A stretch of 63,871 nucleotides of DNA, counting the filler, from Squatina squatina (lineage: Eukaryota): NCBI GenBank assembly GCA_031763465.1. It is 4 parts of 4 records of this genome, joined end to end, with 100 filler letters (N's around TTAATTAATTAA, not from the genome) between each part and the next. Parts side by side here need not be neighbours in the genome. Positions count along the whole stretch, not along the records: positions 47,441 to 63,871 come from JARFOE010000234.1; 3 more parts are not named here. One strand, given 5' to 3'. This document shows, in pieces, positions 50,701 to 63,871 of the stretch (its first letter is position 1; the number at the start of each line of letters is the position of its first letter). The notes under the pieces were generated by a model. The model searched no databases and had not been told where the DNA came from. It saw only the letters and a program-made list of their open reading frames with translations. Position numbers and translations under genes: made by a program.

Positions 50701-51746
50701 AGTGGCTTTGCAGAAACATAAACCTGGTCATTGAAAAGGTACTTGTGTTAAGCACCAGTCCTAACTTTCTGCAGTGACTTTAATTGGCAATTAATGTGCA
50801 AATGCAGCAATTTCTAGAAACTCATGTGGAGGTTGAGGGCGAGCTGCTGTTTTCATGAGGCCTGTCATCCAGCAAGTTGTAGCCATTCGCACNNNNNNNN
50901 NNNNNNNNNNNNNNNNNNNNNNNNNNNNNNNNNNNNNNNNNNNNNNNNNNNNNNNNNNNNNNNNNNNNNNNNNNNNNNNNNNNNNNNNNNNNCCCATGTC
51001 ACAGGCTATAACCTGCACAGGGGCACAAGTCAAATCCAACCTAGCCATTCATGCATGACATGGCAGAACCCTAATATTAAAAACACATCTCTGCCAAACA
51101 AACTGGTCCCATTATCCAATAACTCAATGCACCTCTTCATTCAGGTGTTATGAAACCTCAGACAAGCCACCTTGTGCCTCCTCTTGGTGTTGGTGCCAGT
51201 TGATTGAAGGGTGAGGTGTTCATGATTCATACACAGAGCCGTTTGGTTAGCGAGGTAATAATTTCAATGTTGTCCATGTGTTTCTAGCAAACAAATAAGT
51301 TAAGAACTAAAATAAGGCTGCAACAGTCTCAGGATTGGTTTCTATTGTACAGCAGTCGCAGGAGATCCAAAGAGTACATGGGGAAGATTGCCTCTGTGTG
51401 CAATATGCAGCAAAATCATTAACCTGTTTATAAATCTTCAACCATGATAAGGAGCTATAAGATTTTATTTATATCTTGAGTGGCTTGACCTCATAACTCA
51501 CCTGCGACAAAGTCATTGGTGAATTATAATCATTGAGAGAAATAGGATATAGATCATGTCCCTTTGCCATTCATTAGAATTAATGGGCCAAATGGCCTGT
51601 TGCTGTGTTGTAACATTTTATGATTCTATGTTTTCCATATCCTGATGATTTAAAATATTAAACGCTATTGCAAATTAGTTTCACTGATGTCACTGTGACT
51701 TGATTTTTTTTTCTCACTGCACCATCTGTGCTCAACTGTTTTTCAG

Positions 51747-51874
51747 GAAATTCGGTCTCTGGGGAGCGGATATTTGTGCTCAAAGGGCAATTAACAACAC
51801 TTCAAGGGATCAAAGAGGATAAGGGATTTCTGGATCATACTCTCCACAACGTGATCACCCAAGAGACAGTGCCA
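51747..51874 (+). CDS. Candidate internal coding exon, protein unidentified
   Basis: Acceptor ctcaactgtttttcag| and weak donor CCA|GTTAGT. One frame is open (2 nt + 42 codons): xNSVSGERIFVLKGQLTTLQGIKEDKGFLDHTLHNVITQETVP; the other two frames contain stops. Confidence 0.4.
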
Positions 51875-53082
51875 GTTAGTTCAGAATACAGGGATAGTGC
51901 AGAAAGAGAAGAACATAAGAACATAAGTAATAGGAGCCTGCTCCGCCCATTCAAGAAGATCATGGCTGAACAACAACATCAACTCCACTTTCCTACCCAA
52001 TCTCCATATCCCTTGATTCACTTAGTGCCAAAAAATGTATCGATCTCNNNNNNNNNNNNNNNNNNNNNNNNNNNNNNNNNNNNNNNNNNNNNNNNNNNNN
52101 NNNNNNNNNNNNNNNNNNNNNNNNNNNNNNNNNNNNNNNNNNNNNNNACCCTTGACCTCAGAAACCTGTTTAATCTATGAGTTAGATGAAGATCATCAGC
52201 CCGAGCAGCCTGGTCTGCCTTAAGAGCCCTAATCCTAGCCAAAACTACTTGTGCACTGCCTTCCAAGGATTCCATTTTAGTCACATCTCTATTACCACTG
52301 GCAACTCAATATTGTCAGTATTGGATACAGATACAATGTGCAAAGTAACCATTTAACATAACAGCCATGTATTGGTTTTACACACAAATAAGATCTAAAG
52401 AATCTNNNNNNNNNNACAAAATGCCCAATATTGTACTTGATCACTCTGACCCCTAAGATAACTCAAAGAAATCCTCCCTTTCAAAACTGCACCTCTCCAC
52501 AATCCTCTTTTCTACTCCATTTTTGGCCACACCTATCCATATTTGCTTGAAAGCCATTTTCTTTGAATTTGGTAAAATGCTTATTAAGTGTGAGGACTCG
52601 CCAGCACAGACCCACAACCCACCACTTCATGCTGCAGCATTTCTGTGAGAAGCTCCCAAGCAAGATATCGGTTGGGATTATGGTCCTTGACAGAAATTTG
52701 ATAAGGACTCATTACCTGTGTCCTGACTTTCACAAATTCACCTCCAACAGTTAACACAGGAGATAACTGAACCTTGCTTTAAATTACTCATTAACGGACA
52801 AATACAGGTTCTGGAATATTGACAGTTACATTTTTTTTCTTTTCCTTTTTTACCCCCAGCCTGACAGTGCTGCTAAGTAGAGATAAGGTTTCAGATTTTT
52901 TCCCCAGCTGCAAATGGCTGAGATTTGTATCATTGAATACTAAACCTGAATTATGTAAAAGCATCATATGGGGAAATATGACCGTTGTATTGTGAGACAC
53001 CTACATCCTGGACTGGGAATGTGTTTGCAGTAAAATGCACAGCTTTGTGAGAATGCATATAGAGAATATGGAGATTAGTCTT

Positions 53083-53380
53083 CACAGTCTCAGAATAAGG
53101 AGTAGGCCATTTAGGAATGAGATGAGGAGAAATTTCTTCACTTAGGGGGTAGTGAATCTTTGGAATTGTCTACCCCAGAGGGCAGTGGGGGCTCAGTCAT
53201 TGAGTGTATTCAAGACCGAGATCAATAGATTTCTAGATATTAAAGACACCAAGGGATATGGGATGGTGAACGAAAATGGCGTTGAGGTAGAAGATCAGCC
53301 ATGACCCAGTTGAACGGTGGAGCAGGCTCGAGGGGCCAGATGACCTACTCCTGCTCCTATTTCTTATGTCCTTGTGTTCT
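53083..53380 (+). mobile_element. CR1 3' end
   Basis: Same ORF2 C-terminus and tail. Similar ends lie at about 5410-5760 (+), 25220-25460 (+), 33505-33730 (-), 42960-43045 (+), 51910-52047 (-) and 59791-59920 (+); an RT piece is at 10861-10980 (-). Confidence 0.9.
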
Positions 53381-54589
53381 AATAACACAACACTTGAAAA
53401 TGAAGAAATGTGAATATTGAGAAGAGCTTTCCATGAAGAATAGTCTGATTTTACTGCACATTCAATGAACCTCAAAAGAAATGGAATTTAAAACCCAGAA
53501 TACTGATGATGTCACTATGAAATAATGCCATTTTAAGATGAAGATTCACATTACATTTAGGCTGCAGGCATCGAAGAAAATAGCCCATATTACAGCTGCC
53601 AAGGTAACTCAATGAGTTTGGAGAGGAGCTTTGTGAGCTTGCCAAGCATTGCATTGAGGTTTCAATACAAGCTTTCAAATCCCCAGATTTTTCATGTTTG
53701 TCATCTTTAGAAAGAGGTTATTTTAGTACAAATGCATTTTGTAGATGAAACTTTGTAATTTAAATAAAAACATTGTTATAGAGATTCAAGCGTGTTTTAA
53801 TACACCCCTTCAGTATAAAACATTGTTTCATTTTGGTGACATCTGGCCAGTTTCTAAACTAATAATGTGAGATTTACTGTTGTTTCTCGACGCCGTCACA
53901 ATATTAAGTCATAGTCAGAAGAATGCCTCCACATGAATTGATTATATAGATATGAAATAAATAAGTACAGATGTACATTATTTGCAGTGAGTCTTTTTCG
54001 CAGCAATAAAAACCCCAAATCCCTTATGTGATTTGTACTGTTAATGAAAAAGAATGCACAATCGTGTGTGTACATTTCTAGCATATAAGATGTGTGTCTG
54101 CATACTTTGGAAATGCAAAAGTCCCTGTTATGTATTGAAGAACTGCTTGAAAAGGTTCTGCAGTGTGTTAAGTCTGCCATTGCTCTGAATTTGGCCGATT
54201 TACATTGGGTGGGCAGATTCAGAGTGTCGGCTACAACACTGAAGAAACAGAACGTCTAGTTGTGCAAAGTTGGGCTTGAGACTTCTCAATTTTCTAGTCA
54301 CTGAACTTCTCAAATGTCAAGGAATGCCATAGCCAGAACAGGATGATGACATGTAGCATGTGGGTTTCTACTGTCAGCCTTTAGCCTCAGGTGACCCCTT
54401 GTNNNNNNNNNNNNNNNNNNNNNNNNNNNNNNNNNNNNNNNNNNNNNNNNNNNNNNNNNNNNNNNNNNNNNNNNNNNNNNNNNNNNNNNNNNNNNNNNNN
54501 NNGCGAATGATGAATTGTACTTGCTCAGATGTCAGCATCAACATTACAATCTGGGTAATGATTTGGAGAATATATACTTATATGTACTT

Positions 54590-54821
54590 CGATTATATAT
54601 ACTTAGTGCATCGTTACAGATTCCCAGAAAGTGTCATTTTCGATCTGTGCGATTTCTTTTTGCGTAATGACTTGGAAACACAAAGCAACAGAATTCTTGC
54701 TTTGTCAACTGAGATGCTGATCTTGTCATCGCTTCATTTTCCTGCAAGTGCCACTTCTCAGTGGACATGTCAGACTGGGCGAGTTGTAGCATTCGCCACA
54801 GCGACGGACGCCCTTTGCTAA
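54590..54821 (+). mobile_element. Degenerate PIF/Harbinger transposase N-terminal fragment
   Basis: YLVHRYRFPESVIFDLCDFFLRNDLETQSNRILALSTEMLILSSLHFPASATSQ resembles the HARBI1-type pattern RYRFP..I..L...L...L.....R..A.S.E..L..L.F.A.G.FQ; stop at 54821. Confidence 0.65.
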
Positions 54822-57714
54822 TGGGTTCTACAATACATCCCTTAACCATATGGTGCTACATGACGTTGAACAGCTCCTCTGCCAGCACTTACATCCAGAT
54901 TTATTTATGGAGACTGGCCAGATGGGAGATGCGTGAGGGACTGGCACAGCTTTACAATCACATCCAAGAAAGATGTGGAGCTTTCAGGAGAGGGGTAAAG
55001 CAAACTTGGAGGGGAAAAAAGCTCTATCAGAGGGTGTGTCATTCATAGTACCATTGCTGTATCCCAGCCTGGGCTCCACTTATAGGAGAGTGCAACTGTC
55101 CTAATGGAAAAAGCTTCAGTTCAATAATTGCACAAATTTTGTGTGATTTTAAAGGCAAGATTTTTAACAGGATTGTTTGTAGCTCAGCAAACACCTACGA
55201 CTCTTTGCCGAGACTTAATTGCATTTTAAAATAATGAAATGACAGCTGAGCTACCTCGAGGCATTCGGCACCAGTGAGCTATAAAGTAAGCTCTGAATAA
55301 TATTTGGCTGTTTCAAACCTCTACCCATCCCGTTCCCATTCCACTGTCAATCTCCAAAAAATGTGGTAATGCTAAACAGTGCTTTTTCTCAGGAGTAATC
55401 TTAGCACTGCTCGGCCGTTGGCATGCTGGACAGGAGTACATGTTCATGAATTGGCTCTATAATACCATGACCTTATAATCTTAACGGCCTATATCTGAAA
55501 TGTGCTCCCATCTGCTGAGGCTCCACACCAGAAGCTTCACTAGTTATTAGTTTGTGACACTGTATAAGGTGGGCAGAATTCATTCTTGCACCACAAGACA
55601 TTACACAAATACAGTTCCCACCAGAAAGGAGGACAAAGAAATAAATAAAGATTGAACTACTGAACAGGAACTGATTTCCTGATGTAGAGAGGTTTAAAAA
55701 TTAATAGCCAAAGAAAATTGGAATCTGTCTTGTGCACGTCCTGCCCCCATAAGCTTAAAGAGAAGCCGAATACATTCTTTTAAACAAAGAATATTGTGAG
55801 ATGAAAGGGAAGTCATGATAGACTTAGAAAAATTAACAAAATATCTGTGCTGATATATCAACATTTGTGTGCCACTGAAAATGGTAATGTTTCATATTCT
55901 AGAAGACAACTTAACACAGCGATAGTATTTGGACGGGGTGACAAACTCTCTGACAGTCATGCAAAAGGAGTAATGGGGATAGATGTTCAAGTGCTGAAAA
56001 GTGACACAATGGATCTTGTGCTCCTGGGGCACAGGTCAGAATGAGTGGAGTTTTTGGAAGCCAAAATGGAGTAGTTGAGATATGTGGATGGAAGAGCTTG
56101 ATTGTCTTTGAAGATCAAGAATTACTTGCACAGAATTGTCGCCGATAAGCTTAACCATGTCACATATGGTCCACGCAAAGGTAAACTCCAGGCTTTCTAA
56201 TTTGGAGGACTGTGCATTTTTTGCAAGGATGAGCTAAATGAGTAGATTGGCCACCAAATCTTTGTGAACGTTCTTAATCGAATTACAGATTACAACGTGT
56301 CCACAAATCCTCTGGGAAAGTCCTTAAAAAAAAACAGAAAATGCAGGAAATGCAAAGCAGGGCTGTCAGTATCTCAAAAGACACAAAAAATCATCGGAAA
56401 AAAAGGAATTGCACCTTTCACTTCCTCAAGACATGTTTGATAGAAAATGAATTACTTTAAAGTGAAGTCACTGTTGTTTTGTTCAGTGAGCATTAGCCAG
56501 TTTGTGCAGTCGGGTCCCACAAACAGCAATGACCAGCTCACCGTGTGGCGTTGGTTTAGGCATGCATGTTGGACAGGATAACTATTTCAGACATAGATCC
56601 TTTATCAGAACTGGAAGATAAGTGAACAAAAACGGAAGGCGCGGGGGAAACCCTATGCAAAAAGTTAAGACTCAGAAATGCTGAGAAATGTCGAGTTTGT
56701 GCTGCATGGTTGCAGCTTTTACTTTTTTCACTTTTCAGGAATATTTTATGTCTCAAAATTAAAAAGTGCTGCTCCATTCCAGCACACACATTGATAGGTC
56801 AGAATAATTGTAATTGATTTGCTTCTTCTGCCATTTAAAATAACAAATGTTATGAACACCGCTGGCTAATCCCAATTAATATTTGCAAATCAGTTTGTAA
56901 ACTCACAGAATACATCTCCATGGGGTTTTTGCGTCTGTACATAGTTCACTGACAGAGTGCTGCTCTCAGACAAGTGCAGCTCAACAATAATGAAAGATGA
57001 AGATATGCTACAGTGGAAATAGCCCAGCAAAATAAGACATAAACTAAACGCTGTCTTCACCATAATAATTTAAAAGTCAGGCAATCAGTGGTGTTCACGC
57101 TGGTATCATATCCGAGCGCACTTTTGCATTGGTTAAGGAATTTACATTTGAGTCGTAGTCCTCTGCAACACACACACAAAGNNNNNNNNNNGGGCATGTC
57201 GAATAATTCTGGCGTGGTCGTGCTCACTGCAGTGGAGCTGCCCGGGATTGGCTGGTCCTCCAGCAGCCACTGACCGCACCGTGAGGAACATACGCTACAG
57301 AGCATTGCTTTCGTGTAAGGATCCTTGCACGAGTCATGGTCTGGACCAGAATGGCTGTTGTGAGCACAGCTTTGTACGAACAGCAAATGTGAGGTCCTTG
57401 CAAAACTCATCAGTGCAGTCACTGACATATCCTTAGGATTCATTTGTGGCTAACTAGTCAAGGTCAGTTAAGAATAATTAGCAGACTATTAGAAAAGCCA
57501 TTACTCAATCCTGTTACATTGTGCTAATTAACAATGCTGCCACTGAGCCAATTGTCATTCAACAATGGGAAAATGCCACTAAAGTGATCTCTACGACTCA
57601 GCTCGACTGATCACNNNNNNNNNNNNNNNNNNNNNNNNNNNNNNNNNNNNNNNNNNNNNNNNNNNNNNNNNNNNNNNNNNNNNNNNNNNNNNNNNNNNNN
57701 NNNNNNNNNNNNNN

Positions 57715-58195
57715 GCCTCCTGGAACAAAGTGTCCAGGTAACTCTCCCCCTCCCTGATGTCCTGAATTGTGTGCACCTCGTACTCCAGCTCAATATCTCT
57801 GAGCCGAAATTCCTTGAGCTGCAGCCACTTACCGCAGATGTGGTTGCTCGGGATCTCGCTGGTCTCCACAAACTCCCACATGCTGCAGTTGCGGCATACC
57901 TGCCCTGCCATGTCTATCTAACATTTATTTGATTAATTAATTAATTATTTTGTATCAATTATTTTAGTTTTATTACTTAATTGGTTTGTCTAGTTTTAGA
58001 TACTAATTTAATAAAGTAAAATTATAGCAATTTACAGTTTTTTAGCTGGCTTAGAGACTAAAAGAAAACCTCTTTTTTTCACCTACCTGCTGTGCTGTGA
58101 TTTCACTCCTGTTTTTTTCCCTCTTTCCTCCGCTCTGTACTTCCCTGGCTCCGCTCCATCCCTGACCAGGTCCACTCTCACCGCTGCTCTCGGCC
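57715..58195 (-). mobile_element. CR1 LINE 5' region with ORF1 N-terminus
   Basis: MAGQVCRNCSMWEFVETSEIPSNHICGKWLQLKEFRLRDIELEYEVHTIQDIREGESYLDTLFQE: CxxC...CxK zinc finger plus leucine-zipper-like stretch typical of CR1 ORF1 (start at 57911). Confidence 0.75.
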
Positions 58196-61100
58196 AGAGT
58201 TGATGGAATACAGAGTGGAGGGAGGATTCTTAACAACTCCGCCTGACAGAAAATGTGTGGGTGAGCAGCTAAAATGCCCGTGAGACCCCTCCAGTTGCTC
58301 TGCCTTCCTAAGGGTCTCTATATAAAACTTCTTTATTTAGCAGATGAACAGGATACTTGCCAGAAGATGGTAAGGTCCTGATTTAAATATGCATATCAGA
58401 CTCCAATTATGTAATCAGGGCCAGACTGTAATCTTAATCTGAACCTTGCCCGGGGAAGTCCTGTGGCTTCCCAGCTAGGCAAACTGGCCAGCAACAGGAG
58501 CTGAAGTCAGAAGATAGGTAGATTTATTTATTTTATNNNNNNNNNNNNNNNNNNNNNNNNNNNNNNNNNNNNNNNNNNNNNNNNNNNNNNNNNNNNNNNN
58601 NNNNNNNNNNNNNNNNNNNNNNNNNNNNNNNNNNNNTCTCTTGGCAATGATGTAATCTCTGCAGTGCGTCCAGTCCCATTTATCATATAATCCAAGAGCA
58701 GAATTGTTTCCAGCACAACTCCCACCTCAAAATCCAGTCTCCAGTCGTTAAAGGAGCCTTGCCATTATCAGCAGACCCACCCTCAAAATCAGTTACAAAT
58801 AATAATCAATAACAGTCCACCTTTTTGTGAATTTACTCGTCCTTTTTTTTTGTTAATATAAAATTCTTGTTTCAGTGGTGAGACCTGATTTAGATAATCG
58901 GGGAAATTGACTAGGAGGAGATACACATTGAGCCAGATAATGTGAAGAAGCTGAATTAACACTGTTGGAGATACAGCCATTAACCTAGGGGGCTTCAGCA
59001 ATCAGGACATTACAACTGTATGTTAATTCAGTTCCCTCGCACTATCAGGCTCAGTGAGTCATCGAAGCCAGTCTCCCGATATTGCCATCAGCACTCGCAA
59101 TTTAAAGTGACTTTGTCACCAGAGAGGGAGAACAGCTAAAACAGGCATGCATCATTTCCCTCCTGCTAATATTAGACTGAAGTGGTACAATGATGTTTTC
59201 TTGATGCAGGGACTCATGTTGACACAGAAAAATGTCTGTGAGATGATTGTGCCTCTTGAATCGAGTATTTGTACAAAAAGATAGCAAAAGCCAGAAGAAT
59301 GATAATTAATTGTAATTCTTTGATTTTTAAAAAGTAACCCTGACCTCAGATTCCCTCTTTAAGCAAAGCCATCAATCCTGGGAAATGTTAGAAGTGAAAT
59401 TTACAATCAATCAACATGTGGCGCAGAATGCAAGCCTATTTAAATAAATTTACTTTTCAGAATATAAATTTTCAGAACTAATATCAAAATAGGGTGCGTT
59501 ATAAGTACTGGGCAATCTCAGTGACTGGTGGCCACATTAACTTGAAATGGCATTCATAAAATGGCGTCATAGAAACATAGAAACATAGAAAAATAGGTGC
59601 AGGAGTAGGCCACTCGGCCCTTCGAGCCTGCACCGCCATTCAATATGATCATGGCTGATCAGTACCCCGTACCTGCTTTCTCACCGTACCNNNNNNNNNN
59701 NNNNNNNNNNNNNNNNNNNNNNNNNNNNNNNNNNNNNNNNNNNNNNNNNNNNNNNNNNNNNNNNNNNNNNNNNNNNNNNNNNNNNNNNNNGGGATAGTGC
59801 AGGAAAATGGCATTGAGGTAGAAGATCAGCCATGATCTTGTTGAATGGCAGAGCAGGCTCGAGGGGCTGAATGGCCTACTCCTGTTCCTGGTTCTTATGT
59901 TGTAATGTTCTTATGTTCTTTCGTTCTCTTTATTTGAATCTAATTCACTTGCTCTAATTCGCCCTCCTTCTTTATAGTTTCACTGTTTCTTTCACAATCC
60001 TTCAATCCCATTGGTTCAGGAGATGGACTGTTGGCCCCACCATTCATTAAGGTCACAGATGCCCCATCGCCACGCCATTATCAGCATGCACTTTCAGCAA
60101 ATTACAGCGGCAAAATATTTCGAGTTGAAGGGCACAGAGAAAAGTCTAGTTAACGGTGCACGCCCTGTGATGCCTCTCTCCAGCAAGATCCGGCCCATTA
60201 ATTAAACAAATGGTTACATGTCTTATTCAGCTTTCAGAACTCCAGCCAGCTTAACATCAACTGACATTACACACGGGCAGAGACAATTAAAAGCAATAGT
60301 GCACATTAGCAGGGAAAGGTTTAATCCCTCGAGTCAGTTGGTGGTTCTGACTCACCATAAAACAAAGTGGCAACAAGAATGTGTTTCCTTCTGGGTATTG
60401 CTGTTAGTGACTAGACGAGTGTCAGATTCCCACAGTACTACTTTTAACAGATTGATCAGACATCTGAAGTGAAGAGCCGTTCAGATGTTGCCTGCCTGTC
60501 TGCTTCAGTGGCATCAATAGCGGAACTCGTCGATAGCGATTGCAATGTAACAAATTTAATGCACAATTTCTGCCCGTAATAGAGACAGAGAGTGGAGATC
60601 ATATTATTAATTATTTAATTAATTATCAGCGCCTGAGTTACTGTTTTGTTATTCATCACATTCTGTTCCTCGTGTATTTTGCAGCCATTATTCTAACCCC
60701 ATTTTAACACATGAAAATGTGATCGTGCAGAATTTTCCGATCTGTTTGATATTGTAGATGTTTGATGTCACTTCAAAATAAATGATTGGAGATAGAGAAT
60801 CTAATTTCTGCTGTTAGAACAATTTACCTTGTCAGGATTTCAGTGTTTTCTTCATTTCATTTCACCTCAAAAGAGATTCTCAGAGTAAAACTTGATATTC
60901 TTTTCAGGGAGATTTTTCTCTCTTCTTGCAGCTATTCATAAATATCTTTTTTTTAATCAGCCTCTTTGTTGCTTCTGTAGAAATTTAATTGCCTGTCAAT
61001 GTGGCACTCATGAAGGCCTATCCTTAGAAAATTATCTTTCAAAAGTACAACTTGTGTATTGTGAGATCAAAATGACGCAATCAGATTGCTGTGGTGTCAT

Positions 61101-62783
61101 TGCTATTAAATTGATTCCTAACATAGCACACAAGGGCATTGGTCCATTTTCCTTAAAGTTTTCCACAAGTGAGGGGTGAATTCTGACCCCCAAAAATGTG
61201 TAGGTTGGGGTCGGGTCAGAGTCCAACCCATCTCCAACCTGCCCACTTCCGGGTATAACGAAGGTGGGAAAAGCGGGGGCAGCCATCCCCCTCCCAGGAG
61301 TTGGGTTGGTAATTTAAATATTTTAATGAGGATGGCGGTCTTTGATTTAACCTGCTTTGCAGGTTTTATAGTGGCCACTTCTGTATCCCAGGCCGCGGGA
61401 ATTCAGCAGCTGAAGGAAAGCGAGGACAGCTTTGGAGAGAAGGTAAGTGCTTTTACAGCACTGTATATGGATCAGGAGGAGCAGGAGTGCTTCCCCCGCC
61501 CNNNNNNNNNNNNNNNNNNNNNNNNNNNNNNNNNNNNNNNNNNNNNNNNNNNNNNNNNNNNNNNNNNNNNNNNNNNNNNNNNNNNNNNNNNNNNNNNNNN
61601 NTGTGTGGATGGCGTGAAGCCGCTGTATGTGTGCGCTAGACATGAACTAAACTCGCCACAGAAAGCTAACTCTTGTCTATTTCAGTCCCAGTACCCTTTT
61701 ACCACATAATAACTATTAATTACTGCCAATCAATTTCACTGACACTGCAAATTAACTATTACAAATTAAATTAACATTAACAATCTCCTTGCTTCAGGTT
61801 TTAATTGCTGTTGGAGATTCAAAAATGTCAATTTTATATATTTTTTTTACTTTTCCTTTCTGCCTCTTTTACACTCTCTCTCATAATTCAATCTTTCTTT
61901 CCTTCTATTTCTCTTTCTGTATCTGATTTAACATTGAATTCACCCACTCTTCCGACTCAGTACCAGTCTTGGCCCAGTGGCTCCGACTCTCTCGGTGGGA
62001 GGAGATGGAGTGAGCAGGTGCTGCTGATTACAGCAGGGAGTGGAAGTGAGTTTGTAAAAAGTTAGTGGTGGGTTTTTGGTTTCTTTCTTTCGAGTTTTAG
62101 GGACATTTTGGCCCATAAACAGCAGCCAGATGGCAGCTGAGGGACCCAGAGTGCCGGGCCCCTCAGAGGACAATGTTCCCAGGATGAATTTAATCAGGGG
62201 AGAAATTGTTGAGGGAAGGGAGAATAGAAGGGAGCCTTTTCTTTTTACAGGCCCGAGGNNNNNNNNNNNNNNNNNNNNNNNNNNNNNNNNNNNNNNNNNN
62301 NNNNNNNNNNNNNNNNNNNNNNNNNNNNNNNNNNNNNNNNNNNNNNNNNNNNNNNNNNTTTATATCTCCTGCAGAATTGTGAGATTTGACATTTTGATGA
62401 ATTGTAACGTAATTTTTCTGAGACAAGCGGCCGATGAATGCAGATCTTGAATATCACCATCTAAAGCAAGTCAGTGCAAACAACTCACGTGATTTTATTG
62501 TCTCACTGAATCAGATCTAAATTAACAGCTACTTTCCAAAACTGCTACCAGTGACAAACTGTGAGAGTGAGACATTCTTTCAGGTGTGATTCAAAATCCT
62601 TGATAGAGAATGCATTTCACTCAATGTTATCAGCTTAGCTATCTGTGGGAGGACCTGAAGCTCCAAACAAACTATGTGCCGAGAGCTTGAATTCATGACT
62701 CCCAAATATAGTTGGTAGGGAGCAGTTGTGCTAAAATGTTAAGAATTTGGAAAAGCTTTTTGTGCTTTTCGGAATTCCCATAC

Positions 62784-63095
62784 CTTCTTCTTCTTCTTTG
62801 GTAGTCCCTCGAGGTTGAGGATGACTTGCTTCCACTCTGGAGTTCTGGGTTCTGAGGTGGCTGAACAGTCCTATATGGGATCCGCAAACTCTACCACAGG
62901 TGGAGCAGGTAGTATTTGATGGGGCGAATGGGTGGGATCCTCGGGTTTCCGCACGCTCCTTCCGCTGCCTGTGCTTGGCCTTCAAGTGCTCCCGCCGGAG
63001 AAGCTCAAAGTGGTTGGTGCCTTCGCAGATACTTCTCCTCCAGTTCGGGCGGTCTTGGGCCAGAGATTCTCATGAGTCGGTGGGGATGTTAAATT
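62784..63095 (-). mobile_element. RTE-clade LINE 3' end with (GAA)n tail
   Basis: TCSTCGRVCGSHIGLFSHLRTQ; same family as 38840-39082. Confidence 0.85.
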
Positions 63096-63871
63096 TTTTC
63101 CCATACCTTACATAATCAGTAACTGCCTACATATGAGTTCAGTGTTCTTCCGATTAGCAGACATTTAGAAAGAACTAGTGATTAGAGCTTGAATTATATG
63201 TAACATGGTATGAAATTAAAAACAATCAAAACCAACATGTCATCATTACAGGCAAAGTAATCCCTCAATATTGAAATAGAGACAACTCCACTCTCAGGGA
63301 GAGAATCCATTCTGCATGTACCAATCACGAGTGCCCCGCTCATCTGCGTCACACTTAGATTTCTTGGAGGGGTTCTCGTTGGACACGAGCTGCTGGGAGG
63401 AAAATCTCAATTCCAATTAAAAACCGTCAAGCTCTGACTCTGCTTTAATAAAAATCCAAAGGAATGAGTGGGAAGGAGGAAGAAAGAGATCAGTGGCAAA
63501 AAGCAGAAACAAATGAGACACATAAGAAAGCTTACAGGAGTTGAAGGTATCTGTGTAAAACCATTTAGTTAAAAACAAATGCCAGGACGAATTGGAACGG
63601 GAGCTTAAAATGGCTCAACAATATAATTAAAACTGGCCGTGACGAAAATATATTTGGCAAATCTTTCTCATTTATTCACAAAAAAAACCAAAATTGGCGT
63701 AAATTGTGCTAAAAGGAATAGTTTTGTGATGTAATTATCCTGATGGAAATTACATAGAGCGTTTCTGGCTCTTCTCCCTTCCCAAACAGGAAAAAGGTTT
63801 GCCAAAGATTTTTTTTTGTGAATGCTGTGCCCTTTTGAAGATGGAGTAAAGACAGAACATAATGTATGTGG

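Noticed and set aside
57933-57944. Fourth TTAATTAATTAA linker
   Set aside because: Not flanked by N runs; it is part of a natural AT-rich tract in a CR1 5' region.

Overview
Eukaryotic, repeat-rich, mostly intronic or intergenic DNA from a cartilaginous fish, probably a shark. This is inferred from abundant SacSINE1-type DeuSINEs and shark-type CR1, L2, RTE and Penelope remnants. The window is not one locus. Three artificial spacers (44 N + TTAATTAATTAA + 44 N at 21540-21639, 34436-34535 and 47341-47440) join four separate scaffolds, and each scaffold is broken by many nominal 100-N gaps. Two coding exons are recognisable, both on the minus strand: a SETMAR pre-SET exon cut off by a gap (14128-14395) and a 75-nt exon of a carbonic anhydrase-related protein 10 (CA10-like) gene (27991-28065). 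Two more candidate exons could not be identified. Nearly all ORFs in the supplied track are artefacts of N runs, tandem repeats or transposon debris. I find no evidence for a new multi-gene system. The best leads are a 3.65-kb 30-bp satellite with higher-order structure starting 45 bp from the CA10 splice acceptor, a minimal hammerhead-ribozyme motif in Penelope-like elements, a hAT MITE family carrying a consensus splice donor and NRF1-like motifs, and an LF-SINE-like element in a non-sarcopterygian. Family names come from recalled consensus sequences, not database searches.
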